A DNA stretch of 63,751 bases, filler included, from Lama guanicoe (Eukaryota), in assembly GCA_013239625.1 (NCBI GenBank). It is 146 parts of 146 records of this genome, joined end to end, with 100 filler letters (N's around TTAATTAATTAA, not from the genome) between each part and the next. Parts side by side here need not be neighbours in the genome. Positions count along the whole stretch, not along the records: positions 37,573 to 37,910 come from PNXV01056916.1; positions 38,011 to 38,348 come from PNXV01056917.1; positions 38,449 to 38,786 come from PNXV01056918.1; positions 38,887 to 39,224 come from PNXV01056919.1; positions 39,325 to 39,662 come from PNXV01056920.1; positions 39,763 to 40,100 come from PNXV01056921.1; positions 40,201 to 40,538 come from PNXV01056922.1; positions 40,639 to 40,976 come from PNXV01056923.1; 138 more parts are not named here. One strand, given 5' to 3'. Position numbers and translations under genes: made by a program. Below are positions 37,473 to 50,166 of the stretch, in pieces. The notes under the pieces are model-generated. The model did not search any database and was not told the origin of the DNA. It saw only the letters and a list, made by a program, of their open reading frames with translations. How positions within the stretch are numbered: the first letter of the stretch is position 1; each line of letters starts with the position of its first letter.

Positions 37473-38886
37473 NNNNNNNNNNNNNNNNNNNNNNNNNNNN
37501 NNNNNNNNNNNNNNNNTTAATTAATTAANNNNNNNNNNNNNNNNNNNNNNNNNNNNNNNNNNNNNNNNNNNNAAGAAAAAGCAAAACAGTGCGGGACAGA
37601 TCCCGCAGGGAGGGAGTGGCTAAGGAGGACTGGTGCTCATTCTCTGGGTCCCCTCCTCCGACAGAGAGGCCAGTGGGACAGAAGAGGAGCCTCCAAGACT
37701 CAGATCTGCCCTGAGCACCCCTTGACCGACAGAACTGAGTTAAATGTGCGCAAAGGGTCCCCGTGACACCCAGCCCAAGATGCAAGCCAGTAGCTGAGGC
37801 TGGGACAGGCCTCCTGAGTTGGGCAGAGGACTGGGGCGACTGCACTGAGGCAGCCCTGGGGGACTGCAGTGTGCTGTGCTCCGTGACTCGGAAGGGGTAC
37901 AGAGCAGAACNNNNNNNNNNNNNNNNNNNNNNNNNNNNNNNNNNNNNNNNNNNNTTAATTAATTAANNNNNNNNNNNNNNNNNNNNNNNNNNNNNNNNNN
38001 NNNNNNNNNNTGACCAAGTAAGCTTTGCTAAGACATGCCACCTCACAGTTAAAAAACTAGTTTCTTAGAAAATACAGAACAAAACAAACCTGAAAGCACT
38101 GGAGACAGAAAATCAGGCAGGTTCTGAAAGGCATTAGACATGAATGGAACAAGAGATTTTCTCATTTTACAAATTCTATTTTGAGAAAGGCCTTGATCTG
38201 CTCCAAATGGGAACCTTGTATATAACACACTGCCTTTCTGAGCTAAGGAATGGAAAGCCAGAATGGGGACAAACACAGTCAAAGGAAAATAAAGGATGCA
38301 TTCCAGGAAGGGGAAAGCCAGGGAATGTTAGATTCATACTCTGTGTGTNNNNNNNNNNNNNNNNNNNNNNNNNNNNNNNNNNNNNNNNNNNNTTAATTAA
38401 TTAANNNNNNNNNNNNNNNNNNNNNNNNNNNNNNNNNNNNNNNNNNNNCACATTCCACAGAGTTGGGAAGTTTAAACTTTTAAAGTTCTGTGGGTAGTTA
38501 ATGGTAACTATCTAGTACTCCAGTCTTCTGTGGGTTTGAAAATGAAGCCAGCTGCTCTAAAGACATCTGCACCACTTGATCCTGTAAATTCACCCTTTGG
38601 ACTCTACCCTAAAAATACACTTGAATAGAAGCCCTGAACTCCGAAGACCTCAAGGTTGCCGGGCGGCGGAAGACCGGCCCAGAGTGGGAGGGGCGAAGGA
38701 GTGGTCAGAGCACCGCCCTCGCCCCACCCCCGCCAAGCTGGCCCAGCCCCTCTCACGCTCCCTTTAAAAAAAAAAAAAAAAAAAAANNNNNNNNNNNNNN
38801 NNNNNNNNNNNNNNNNNNNNNNNNNNNNNNTTAATTAATTAANNNNNNNNNNNNNNNNNNNNNNNNNNNNNNNNNNNNNNNNNNNN

Positions 38887-39224
38887 GAAGCTGGCTAGTC
38901 AATGCACGGTGGAAGCCTGAGGAACCACCAATCAAGATGTGAAAAGAACTGCTGCCCTTTCTTTATTTTATTGAGCATTGTTACTTTATTACTAGTTATA
39001 GGACCAATAGCTACTGCACCCCAGGGATGGAACATAGGCCAGAAACTAATACCAGCTGTACTCTATCCATCTACAATAGAAAGCCTAATGGTCAGTCAGT
39101 GTCTGCTATAGGAACCGTACCCCTGAAGGCCCATACTTGATCAAAAAGGGCCACCCAGTTACTACCACTACTCATTGGGCTAGGGATAGCAACTGGAGTT
39201 GGGCATCCTGGCTCCTCCCCCTAG
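38887..39224 (+). mobile_element. ERV1 pol 3' end / env signal-peptide region, degenerate
   Basis: gaagctggctagtcaatgcacggtggaagcctgagg resembles the class I ERV pol-env junction, followed by hydrophobic FFILLSIVTLLLVIG. Confidence 0.5.
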
Positions 39225-40249
39225 NNNNNNNNNNNNNNNNNNNNNNNNNNNNNNNNNNNNNNNNNNNNTTAATTAATTAANNNNNNNNNNNNNNNNNNNN
39301 NNNNNNNNNNNNNNNNNNNNNNNNCACTAGGCCAATGTATACATCTGTATTAGGGAAATCTTATCTATCTTTACCCTTTCTTCTGAGAGACCTATAATAA
39401 ACTTCTACAATTTAACTGCTTTTGCTTGTCTGTTTACTACATTTTTGAGATGTAATTGACTATAAAATTATATTAGTTTCATGTGCACAACATAAAGATT
39501 TGATATAGGTATACGTTGTACATCAATCACCACAAAAAGTTTAGTAAAACTACTTTCTATTTCTTTATAGTAATGCTCACTAAATTTGTGATTGGTGTAT
39601 TTTCAATTCTCAGTTTAATGGAATTCTATATAATTTGAAAATAGTGAATACCCTAGACTTTGNNNNNNNNNNNNNNNNNNNNNNNNNNNNNNNNNNNNNN
39701 NNNNNNTTAATTAATTAANNNNNNNNNNNNNNNNNNNNNNNNNNNNNNNNNNNNNNNNNNNNGAGACTGTCCCAGTCTTGATTTTGCCACTAACCTTTTG
39801 GGACAAAACATAAAACTTCTCTGGGTCACAGGTGTCCCCTCTATAAATTGAGATGGGGAACTTGATGTCTGATAATGCTTGTTCATCTGCACACTCATTG
39901 AATAAAATATTTATTGAATGCCTTTATGTGCTGGCATGAAAGAGAAGAGTGAGAGGGGCACGCTGGCTGTCTCGCCCTTCAGAGCAGAGAAGTCCTTCTC
40001 GCACAGTCGTGGGGGGCCCAGCCGCTCCTGAGGAGCCCCTCATTCGGATGGGAGGGTTGTGGGCAGGGGGTTCACGGGTCTCTCTGCTTCGCTCACCCAC
40101 NNNNNNNNNNNNNNNNNNNNNNNNNNNNNNNNNNNNNNNNNNNNTTAATTAATTAANNNNNNNNNNNNNNNNNNNNNNNNNNNNNNNNNNNNNNNNNNNN
40201 TCAACAAATGCTGCTAAGAAGTGTATTAATTTAAAAAGGCTTTGGAATG

Positions 40250-40538
40250 AGGGCATGGCCAAAATGGCAAAGTAGGGAGACCCAGAGCTCATTTCCTTCT
40301 ATGGGCACATCAATATGACAACTATTTGCAGAGTGACTGTTGATGAGAAGGACCTGAAAACTAGCAGAAAACATTTTCCACAACTAAATTTATAAATAAA
40401 GAACCACAATGAGACAAGAAGGAAGGGCAGAGAAGTGCTATAGTCAAGACTCACATCCCTGGGTAGGAGACCCACAAATGGGAGGATAATCACAACTGCA
40501 GAGGTTCTCCCCAAGAAGCGTGGGGTCCAAGGCTCCCT
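40250..40538 (+). mobile_element. L1 5'UTR-like fragment
   Basis: caaaatggcaaagtagggagacccagagctc... resembles a laurasiatherian L1 5' end. Confidence 0.55.
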
Positions 40539-42969
40539 NNNNNNNNNNNNNNNNNNNNNNNNNNNNNNNNNNNNNNNNNNNNTTAATTAATTAANNNNNN
40601 NNNNNNNNNNNNNNNNNNNNNNNNNNNNNNNNNNNNNNGCACCTGGTTTGTGTGTGGGGTGAGTCAAGGGGTGCAATGACAAGGGGGGTGGGTTGTGAGG
40701 GAAGCCTCTCATGCTAGCCTCAGTGATGCAAGCAAGTTCTTAGTCCTCCATGGTCAGGGGTCTTGGAGGGCACCGGGGTATAAAACTGCACCGAATGGGC
40801 AAAGGGTGGGCTGTTTCTATGCCTACGTTACCACTCCTGAGAGAGAAACTTAGACTGAAGAAAAGTAGTTGAGAGTCTTCAAGTGAGTAATGTGAGAAGT
40901 GGACAATTAGGGAATCAAACACTGTTCATCCTTTGAAGAAAAGAGAGAAGAAACAGAACCTAAAATGATTGGAATTNNNNNNNNNNNNNNNNNNNNNNNN
41001 NNNNNNNNNNNNNNNNNNNNTTAATTAATTAANNNNNNNNNNNNNNNNNNNNNNNNNNNNNNNNNNNNNNNNNNNNGTCAATGCTTACCTGAGCTGGGGG
41101 ATAAGGGCAGCAGCTGGAGAAATGGATCTGGGTGCGACATCACAGCTTTGATTATAGTGGGAGGAGTTCAGGGGGAAATTGAAAAGATCAAAGTCACGTA
41201 CAGATTTAGTTCTGGGTAAATTACTTAGGTCTTATTTTAAGAGTGATAGAAACCCTTGAAGGGTATTAAATAAGAAAATGACATGATTTGGTTTACATTT
41301 TTAAAAGTTCACAATGAATGGTGAGTGGAAGACGGAATGATAAAAATAAATGCATACATATAAATTATGAAGTCATTGAAGAATTCTTGATAAATGATCA
41401 TGTTGGCTTGAGTGNNNNNNNNNNNNNNNNNNNNNNNNNNNNNNNNNNNNNNNNNNNNTTAATTAATTAANNNNNNNNNNNNNNNNNNNNNNNNNNNNNN
41501 NNNNNNNNNNNNNNCTTCCATGTTAAATGCACTCAACCACCCTTTACAGCAAGTCACAAGGCCATGGCCTGTTTTTTGGAAAAGGAGTAGAATGTTTGTT
41601 CTTGTCCCCTAAAAGCCAGCAAATGCACAAAAGCAGGCATAATAACAAATATTTACTGAAAACCTGATGGGTTTGGTAAGTGCTGACTCAAAACGAGAGA
41701 AAAATGTAGACGTGGGAAGCAGACAGAGGTTTGAATTCCAGTTCTACTCACTGAGAAACCTCCAAGCCTTGGTTCTTCTTCTGTAAAGTGGGCGTAGCAC
41801 CCGCTCTGATGTGTCATTATAGGGAGTCCATGAAACAGAGACTGTTAAGTGTNNNNNNNNNNNNNNNNNNNNNNNNNNNNNNNNNNNNNNNNNNNNTTAA
41901 TTAATTAANNNNNNNNNNNNNNNNNNNNNNNNNNNNNNNNNNNNNNNNNNNNCGATGCCGAGTCAGCACCGGCACCGCAGGGCTGCGTCTGAGAGGCGTG
42001 TGTTCAAGAGCACTCACGTCAGCCTTGTAAGGGCTACTGCGCGGCATCGCCAGGCGTGGAGCAGAGAATCCTCGAGCCCAAAGCCGCCGGGAAAGCTGGG
42101 CTTTTGTTGAGGGGTTGAGAGCGAGGCAGGGTCTCCATAATCGGCTCGCATTCACCTTAGAAGATGAAATCAAAGCCGGAGACTCTGAGAACAGATGGGG
42201 GCGGATTTCATGTTCGTGAGAAGCTCCTCGGATCAGCCGGGCCTTTGTGCAGCGAGAGGGTAACAGAACTCCTCCTGCCCTGGGCCCCGANNNNNNNNNN
42301 NNNNNNNNNNNNNNNNNNNNNNNNNNNNNNNNNNTTAATTAATTAANNNNNNNNNNNNNNNNNNNNNNNNNNNNNNNNNNNNNNNNNNNNTCCCATCCCC
42401 AGGGCCTTTGCACATGCTGCTCTTTACCCTGATGTCCCCACAGCCCTGTCTTCACACCCTCAGCTCCAGTGTCACCTCCCAGAGAGCCCCCGGCCCACAC
42501 GGGTTTGAGGATCCCCTTGTGTCTCGAAAACCCTCAGACAGTCTGGTTCGCACACACTCCTTTGAGACTCAGCCCAGGTATCACCATCAGAAACTCACAC
42601 TGGGTGTTGCTGTTCCGACTTCTACTGGGAATCCCCAAGACTCCAGGCCAAACGTTCCCCATCATTCGTGTGCTGAAAACTGGAAAGCCGGCCAGCGGCT
42701 CCTCACGCTTTCAGTACAAAGGGATCCCNNNNNNNNNNNNNNNNNNNNNNNNNNNNNNNNNNNNNNNNNNNNTTAATTAATTAANNNNNNNNNNNNNNNN
42801 NNNNNNNNNNNNNNNNNNNNNNNNNNNNGCAAACACCTCGAATGGATGTTGGTGCCTCTGTGGAGCCATCCTGTCACCATCATAAATGGAGGGGCTTTTG
42901 CCACCCAGTAGTGCACAGATTGTGGGGGTCCAGGGGCTGGTGCCCCAACTTCTGTCCTGAGTACCTGCT

Positions 42970-43000
42970 TGCAGTTCCCAGAGTTGCCACCAGGTGGCCC
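42970..43000 (+). promoter_or_regulatory. CTCF-binding motif with upstream (ZF9-11) module
   Basis: TGCAGTTCC-5 nt-TTGCCACCAGGTGGCCC. Confidence 0.65.
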
Positions 43001-44306
43001 CAGGCATTGCCAACCATCGCTTCAGGGTCCAGACAGTTTCCACCCCTCTGGGACTGTAAGAGAGGGCAGAGTGCTCCGTGTTGGTCCCCCACCCTCTACC
43101 CTTATTGTAAATTCAATCAGCTGAGCACTGAAAGTTCAGATCTTAAATTGTCAGATGATCCAGAATNNNNNNNNNNNNNNNNNNNNNNNNNNNNNNNNNN
43201 NNNNNNNNNNTTAATTAATTAANNNNNNNNNNNNNNNNNNNNNNNNNNNNNNNNNNNNNNNNNNNNCAGAAAATCTGTATAAAACCTCTTGTAGTTTAAT
43301 CAACTATCTCAGAGTGGGCTTCCCGGGGAACCCAGCCCTAGATAGACAGTGGTTGTGATGCAACTTTCCTTTGATCTTGATCTTGAAATTAACTTCGTAC
43401 TGTGTAGTGTGAAGAACTGATAGAAGAGATGGGAAATTTTCTAGTTTTTATTTCCTTTTTGGAAGTTCTTGTGTACCACAAACTATTTTAAAATTAGTTC
43501 CACTGCTGCAGTGCTTGTATGTAACTAAGGGATGGGAGAAACATTAAGGAAGAAAAATCCATAGGTTGTGGTGATGACTAACAGAGCTGAGGAGAGAAAG
43601 GAGANNNNNNNNNNNNNNNNNNNNNNNNNNNNNNNNNNNNNNNNNNNNTTAATTAATTAANNNNNNNNNNNNNNNNNNNNNNNNNNNNNNNNNNNNNNNN
43701 NNNNAAGAAAAGGTACAACTGCAAAGCTACAACAGGAGGAGCGACCAACAGCAATTAAGTAACTGGTTGATCCAAAAGAAAATTAAAAGGGAGCAGTAAA
43801 GAGACAGTAAGCAGAAGGGACCAACAGAAGACAGACAGCAAGAGGGCAGCCCAACTCTCAGGAATAACGTTAAGGATGACTCAGTTAAGTGCTTCAATTA
43901 AAAGACAAGCCTTGTCAGAATTTAAAAAATATGCATGCTGTTCAGACATAACACTGTTCTGTTTAGATCTATGTTATAACCCTCCAACTCCACCCCTGGG
44001 TACACAACCAGAAAATCAAACAGAAGAACTCTTACGTCCGAANNNNNNNNNNNNNNNNNNNNNNNNNNNNNNNNNNNNNNNNNNNNTTAATTAATTAANN
44101 NNNNNNNNNNNNNNNNNNNNNNNNNNNNNNNNNNNNNNNNNNGTTCCCAAATGAAGAGTGCTTTACAAATTCTAAGGGTGACTTATAGGTAAATTCAGAA
44201 AATGACTTTTTTTTTACCTTTAAGTTGCATACCAAAAAAAATGAATATAAACTTTCATGGACATTACTGAAGATGCAGATAATTTTACTGTCATTCTATT
44301 TTTCAG

Positions 44307-44379
44307 AATTCTCAGTCATAATCCTTTGACAACAGTTGAAGATTCTTCATCTTTTTAAATTGCCAGCATTAAGATATTT
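44307..44379 (+). pseudogene. LRRC37-family LRR exon with a 1-nt insertion (73 nt instead of 72)
   Basis: tttcag|ILSHNPLTTVEDS-(frameshift)-HLFKLPALRY|gtaagt resembles the LRRC37 repeat NPLTTVED.YLF.LPALKYL. Confidence 0.82.
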
Positions 44380-44804
44380 GTAAGTATTGCAGCAGTCTTA
44401 TGGGCTCTTGAATTGATTTCTGCTCTTTTTCACTTTCATCAGAGATTGAGGATTTTGGCTAAGAAGTCATAATTTAAATTNNNNNNNNNNNNNNNNNNNN
44501 NNNNNNNNNNNNNNNNNNNNNNNNTTAATTAATTAANNNNNNNNNNNNNNNNNNNNNNNNNNNNNNNNNNNNNNNNNNNNGAGGGCGCCCACCCTACTTG
44601 GGAGCAGCTCAGGACGTCCTCCCTGAGGAAGTGACATGGGAACTGAGCCCTGAGGATGAACAGGGGTTGACAGGGCAGGTGTGTTCTACATGGAGGGAAA
44701 CCACTGATGAGAAGTCCTGTATGTTTATTGGACAGTGTGGGGTGGTTTGTGGGACTGACCAGGTCCAGGGAGGCTGGAGGAAGCCGGACATGGTGCTGAA
44801 GAGT

Positions 44805-44918
44805 GCGGGCTCCACCTGGACAGCCTGGACCCGGCATCTCCTCCCTCTCCCACTTCGCTGTGTGACCCTGGCAGGTGACTGACCCCAGTGCCCTTCACTT
44901 TCCTCATCTGTAAAATGG
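44805..44918 (+). mobile_element. MIR SINE
   Basis: gctgtgtgaccctggcaggtgact...tttcctcatctgtaaaatgg core; other MIRs near 27180, 41720, 46390, 58150 and 59470. Confidence 0.8.
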
Positions 44919-45018
44919 NNNNNNNNNNNNNNNNNNNNNNNNNNNNNNNNNNNNNNNNNNNNTTAATTAATTAANNNNNNNNNNNNNNNNNNNNNNNNNN
45001 NNNNNNNNNNNNNNNNNN

Positions 45019-45356
45019 GCCCAGGCCAGGGCAGGCCCAGGAGTGTACAAGTCCAGGAGTGTGCAGGACCAGGAGTTTGTAGACCCAGGAGTATGTACTA
45101 ACACGAGGGAGCAGGTACAGGGGTGTGCAGGCCCAAGAGTATACAGGCCCAGGTTCATGCAGGCCCAGGTGTTCGCAGGTCCAGGAGTGTGCAAGCCCAG
45201 TGTGTGCAGTCCCAGTAGCGTGTAGGCCCAGGTGTGTGCAGGCCCAAGAGGGTGCAGACCCAGTAGTGTGCTGACACAATACAGAACAGGCCAAGGAGTC
45301 TGCAGCTAAAGAGTGTGCAGACCCAGGACTGTACAGGCCCAGGAATGTGCAGACAC
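45019..45356. repeat. Degenerate 16-bp minisatellite (GGCCCAGGAGTGTGCA)n
   Basis: ggcccaggagtgtaca/agtccaggagtgtgca/ggaccaggagtttgta/gacccaggagtatgta... Confidence 0.9.
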
Positions 45357-45456
45357 NNNNNNNNNNNNNNNNNNNNNNNNNNNNNNNNNNNNNNNNNNNN
45401 TTAATTAATTAANNNNNNNNNNNNNNNNNNNNNNNNNNNNNNNNNNNNNNNNNNNN

Positions 45457-45794
45457 CCTTAGCTGTCACTCCCTAATCCCCATCCCCACTCCCCCAGTAC
45501 ACACACACACACACACTCACACACTCTCAAGCTCTAGACAACCACTATTCTACTTTCTGTCCTTATAGACTTACCAATTCTGGACATTTCACATAAATGG
45601 AGTCTTACACTATGTGGTCTTTTGTGACTGACCTCTCTCACTGAGCATAATTTTTTCAAGATCCATCCATGTTGTAACATGTATCAGCACTAAATTTCTT
45701 TCCATTGCCGAATAACATTCCATTGTATGGATAATACCACTTTTTGTTTATCCATTCACCAGTTGATGGACACTTAGGTGGTTTCCACTTTTTT
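45457..45794 (-). mobile_element. L1MB-type 3' fragment, antisense, with internal (CA)n
   Basis: caaccactattctactttctgtc...tctggacatttcacataaatggag...gttgatggacacttaggtggtttccac. Confidence 0.8.
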
Positions 45795-47208
45795 NNNNNN
45801 NNNNNNNNNNNNNNNNNNNNNNNNNNNNNNNNNNNNNNTTAATTAATTAANNNNNNNNNNNNNNNNNNNNNNNNNNNNNNNNNNNNNNNNNNNNTTTTTC
45901 AGAAAATAGATGACATATAAAACTTCCTTCTTTCAAAGATAACTAATAACCAAGGAGTAATCTCCATATGATTATCTACATATTTCAGTTAAAAGTAAGG
46001 AAAAGCAGGTACGCAAAATATAGATGCCGACTATAAATTAGAAATGGAAATTTCCCAGAAAACAGGAAATTTTAGGACAAATAAATATCCATAGACTCAA
46101 GGAATTTCCTGGAGATATAATTTTGAAACAAGAACAATTTAAAAGAATTCAAAGAAGAGACAAAAGTTGAAAAAAGATAGTAGGACAACAGAAGGAGATG
46201 GAAAGTGAGCGAGCATAGCTCAAGGAAAAAAANNNNNNNNNNNNNNNNNNNNNNNNNNNNNNNNNNNNNNNNNNNNTTAATTAATTAANNNNNNNNNNNN
46301 NNNNNNNNNNNNNNNNNNNNNNNNNNNNNNNNTTTTTTTTTAAGTGCTGAATTTGATTCCCTAAACTGAGAACCAAGATGGCATCGCTGTTGAGAACATG
46401 GACTATAGAATTAAACTGATGGGGTTGGAATATTGGTTCTTCCCTTGTCTAGCTACGTGATCTTGATGAAGTTACTCAACTTCTTTGTGCCATCAGTATA
46501 AAGGGGAAAATAATATATCTACCTCAGAAGGCTGTTATGAGGATGAAATAAGTTAAATAGCTTACAACAGCGACCAGGACACAGTAAACACTATGAAAGT
46601 ATTCATTATTAATACCAGGTTGACAACCCACTAATATGTCATAACCTGAAGTTTGAAGTTTGAAAAAAAANNNNNNNNNNNNNNNNNNNNNNNNNNNNNN
46701 NNNNNNNNNNNNNNTTAATTAATTAANNNNNNNNNNNNNNNNNNNNNNNNNNNNNNNNNNNNNNNNNNNNTAGGAGTAGAAAAATACAGCTGGACAGAAT
46801 TTTTAAAATCATCTATTTCAAGACTTTTTTAAATTCTTAGTTAAGGAAAATCAGGGCTAAAGAGAAAATTTTTCTCCTAGAAAGTAATGTAAGTTTGAAC
46901 ACAGTTTTCCCATCTTTTAACCTAGTTTACTAAGTTGCTTCCAAATTTCATTATCTTACTTGGGAAATACTTTAATATTTTGACCTACAAGTGAAAAATA
47001 CTTGGAGAAAATATGCATTGTTTTATTACTTTAAGATATATATTTAAAAACATTCAAAAAAGAAAATACACCATACAATGCATTTTCTTAACTTATGTAG
47101 TTTTTTTTNNNNNNNNNNNNNNNNNNNNNNNNNNNNNNNNNNNNNNNNNNNNTTAATTAATTAANNNNNNNNNNNNNNNNNNNNNNNNNNNNNNNNNNNN
47201 NNNNNNNN

Positions 47209-47543
47209 TTTGCAGGAGAAACACTTACTCTGGCTTCTCAGTCTGTTTCCTAGTGCTTGTTTGAAGTTCATGCAATTTTCACTGTAAACCGATTTGGAGC
47301 TAGTACATCCCAATATATATGTTTGTATTGTAGTTACCAACTGGAAAGGAACTTTGTGTTCCCAACAAGTTAGGTGAATGACTGCTTTCACACACACTTA
47401 TCTCTCAGAACGGAGCATGTGGAGAGATGTTTGATCATCTAGCACAAAGGGATTGGGTTGCAATAGACACACTTACTCTGGTTTCTCAGTCTGCTTCCTA
47501 GTGCCGGTTTGAATTTCCTGCAGTTTTCACTGTAAAACTGAGT
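47209..47543 (-). repeat. 248-bp satellite, about 1.35 monomers
   Basis: acacttactctgg.ttctcagtctg.ttcctagtgc recurs at 47221 and 47469. Confidence 0.9.
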
Positions 47544-48081
47544 NNNNNNNNNNNNNNNNNNNNNNNNNNNNNNNNNNNNNNNNNNNNTTAATTAATTAAN
47601 NNNNNNNNNNNNNNNNNNNNNNNNNNNNNNNNNNNNNNNNNNNTAAAAAGCTAAAGCTCTAATCTGTTCTTAGAAACAATGATTAGTACATACATGTAAA
47701 TTTAAAAAGTGCAATATACTGTATATATGTATTTACATGCAATATAATGTGCATGTACAATCAAAAATCAAAAATAAATAAATAAATGAAAGAAGAATCA
47801 GGCTGCTGTGTAAATGGTGAAATACAATGAAGCAAGGATGAAGGTGAAGTTACTATTAGGATACTATGCAATAGCCCAGGTGAAAGGTGATGCTGGTGTG
47901 GGTTTGGGTTTAACAGAGAAGTGGTTGGACTGTAGAAATATTTTGAAGGTGGAGACAAGGAGTTTTACTGATGGATTTTTTNNNNNNNNNNNNNNNNNNN
48001 NNNNNNNNNNNNNNNNNNNNNNNNNTTAATTAATTAANNNNNNNNNNNNNNNNNNNNNNNNNNNNNNNNNNNNNNNNNNNN

Positions 48082-48418
48082 CCTCAAGTGAATTTGGAAT
48101 ATTCATCAAGACAGACCATATGCTGGCAAATGAACTGAGTATTAAAACATTTAAAAAACTGAAATCAGGTTCATTCATTAATTCTTTCGATTAATGGAAA
48201 CAACCTAATGTCCACCACTAATAACAGAGAGATAACTGGAAAATGTCTAAATATTTGGAAATACACACAAGAGGTAAGTTATTCTGAACTGAATAAAATG
48301 AAAACATAACATACAAACATTAGTGGGATGCGGCTACAACACTGCCTAAAGAAGTTTATATACTTAAATACTTACATTTCAAAAATTTTCTCCTAGAAGA
48401 AATAAAAGCAAGAATAAA
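48082..48418 (+). mobile_element. Old L1 ORF2 fragment (endonuclease/linker region)
   Basis: atattcatcaagacagaccatatgctgg (FIKTDHML)...aaaatgaaaacataacatacaaacattagtgggatg. Confidence 0.7.
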
Positions 48419-48518
48419 NNNNNNNNNNNNNNNNNNNNNNNNNNNNNNNNNNNNNNNNNNNNTTAATTAATTAANNNNNNNNNNNNNNNNNNNNNNNNNN
48501 NNNNNNNNNNNNNNNNNN

Positions 48519-48855
48519 TTAGGTTGCTTCCATATCTTGGCTATTGTACATAGTGCTGCTATGAACATTGGGGTGTATGCATCTTTTCAAATTAGCATTC
48601 CTCCAGGTATATGCCCAGGAGTGGGATTGCTGGGTCATATGTAAGTCTATTTTTAGTGTTTTAAGGAACCTCCAGACTATTTTGCATAATGGCTTCACCA
48701 AACTACATTCTCACCAACAGTGTAAGAGGGTTCCCTTTTCTCTACAGCCTCTCCAGCATTTATTGTTCATGGGCATTTTAATAATGGCTGTCTGACTGGT
48801 GTGAGATGATACCTCATTGTGGTTTTGATTTGCATTTTTCTGATAATTAGTGATA
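48519..48855 (-). mobile_element. Younger L1 ORF2 C-terminal fragment, antisense
   Basis: Minus frame [12 protein letters not shown]; gatacctcattgtggttttgatttgcatt; a related fragment lies at 59904-60240. Confidence 0.92.
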
Positions 48856-49831
48856 NNNNNNNNNNNNNNNNNNNNNNNNNNNNNNNNNNNNNNNNNNNNT
48901 TAATTAATTAANNNNNNNNNNNNNNNNNNNNNNNNNNNNNNNNNNNNNNNNNNNNTAACTCTCCTAGCACATGTCTTCCAGGAGATAATAAATGTTAGCG
49001 AGTTACGGTGATCAGTGGACTTTTAGTAACGTAGAGCATGCTTACAGTTAACCATACACTGTGTGAGTTAGTTTCTGTTTTTAGGATGGCCTCTTCATTT
49101 TAGTTTCATAGTGACATCATGAGCAATGAACCTTTTAAGAAGTGAGTTAAAAGAGCATTAAAGGTAGGAAGCTGTTTAACTTGGAATTTCTATCTAAGCA
49201 AATAATGATTTGCCTGGTGAAATGGTTTCAAGTCATGGTACCAACAAAGCTAACAGGAGCTTCAGGGACCTCTAACAAACTGAATTTTTGTCTNNNNNNN
49301 NNNNNNNNNNNNNNNNNNNNNNNNNNNNNNNNNNNNNTTAATTAATTAANNNNNNNNNNNNNNNNNNNNNNNNNNNNNNNNNNNNNNNNNNNNTGACCTT
49401 TCTGCCACCTACACCCCCTGGCCTAAACAAATACACACAGGTGACAGCTATAAACTCCAGGCAACACTTAAAGATGTAAGAGCCGACCTGAAGACACTAA
49501 AGAGTGACCAAAGGCAGGCACAGAGTGGAGGTGACAGTTTGACTCTTGGGAAGAAGGGAATGGCATGGCGCTGGGTGAGTTTCCCATTTTTACAGCTTCT
49601 TCCATGAGCATAGGACCCAGGGTGGCAGGGGTGACTAAAATTTGGAGAGAAACCTGTCCTCTTGCTGGTTTGAAAAAACTACAGAGAATGGAGATGGAGG
49701 TGACCACAGCAGCTGGAGGGTGAAGGGGGAANNNNNNNNNNNNNNNNNNNNNNNNNNNNNNNNNNNNNNNNNNNNTTAATTAATTAANNNNNNNNNNNNN
49801 NNNNNNNNNNNNNNNNNNNNNNNNNNNNNNN

Positions 49832-50166
49832 CGAACATCTCTCCACATGCTCAGTTTTGAGGGTTAAGCGTGTGTGAAAGACGACCTTAATCTAGCTTGT
49901 TGGGAACACAATGTTTCTCTTCACTGGCAAATTCCACTGCATAAATATATAAGGGGAGGTACAAGCTCCATATCGGTTATCATTGAAAACTGCAGGAACT
50001 TCAAACTGGAACAAAGGAACAGACTGAGAAACCAGAGTATGATTTTCTCCTACAACCAGATCCATTTGTGCTAGATGAACGGACGGCTCTCCACAGGCTC
50101 AGAATTGAGAGTTAAGTGTGTGTGAAAGCCGTCCTTCACCTAACTAGATGAGAACACAAAGTTTCT
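49832..50166 (+). repeat. 248-bp satellite, same family as 47209-47543, opposite orientation
   Basis: ctccaca.gctcag recurs at 49841 and 50089; matches the reverse complement of about 47350-47470. Confidence 0.9.

Noticed and set aside
9165..39224. One provirus made of RT (9165), RNase H (34069) and env (38887)
   Set aside because: Unlinked contigs, different strands and different degrees of decay
42627..42636. NF-kB motif GGGAATCCCC
   Set aside because: Single 10-mer without supporting context
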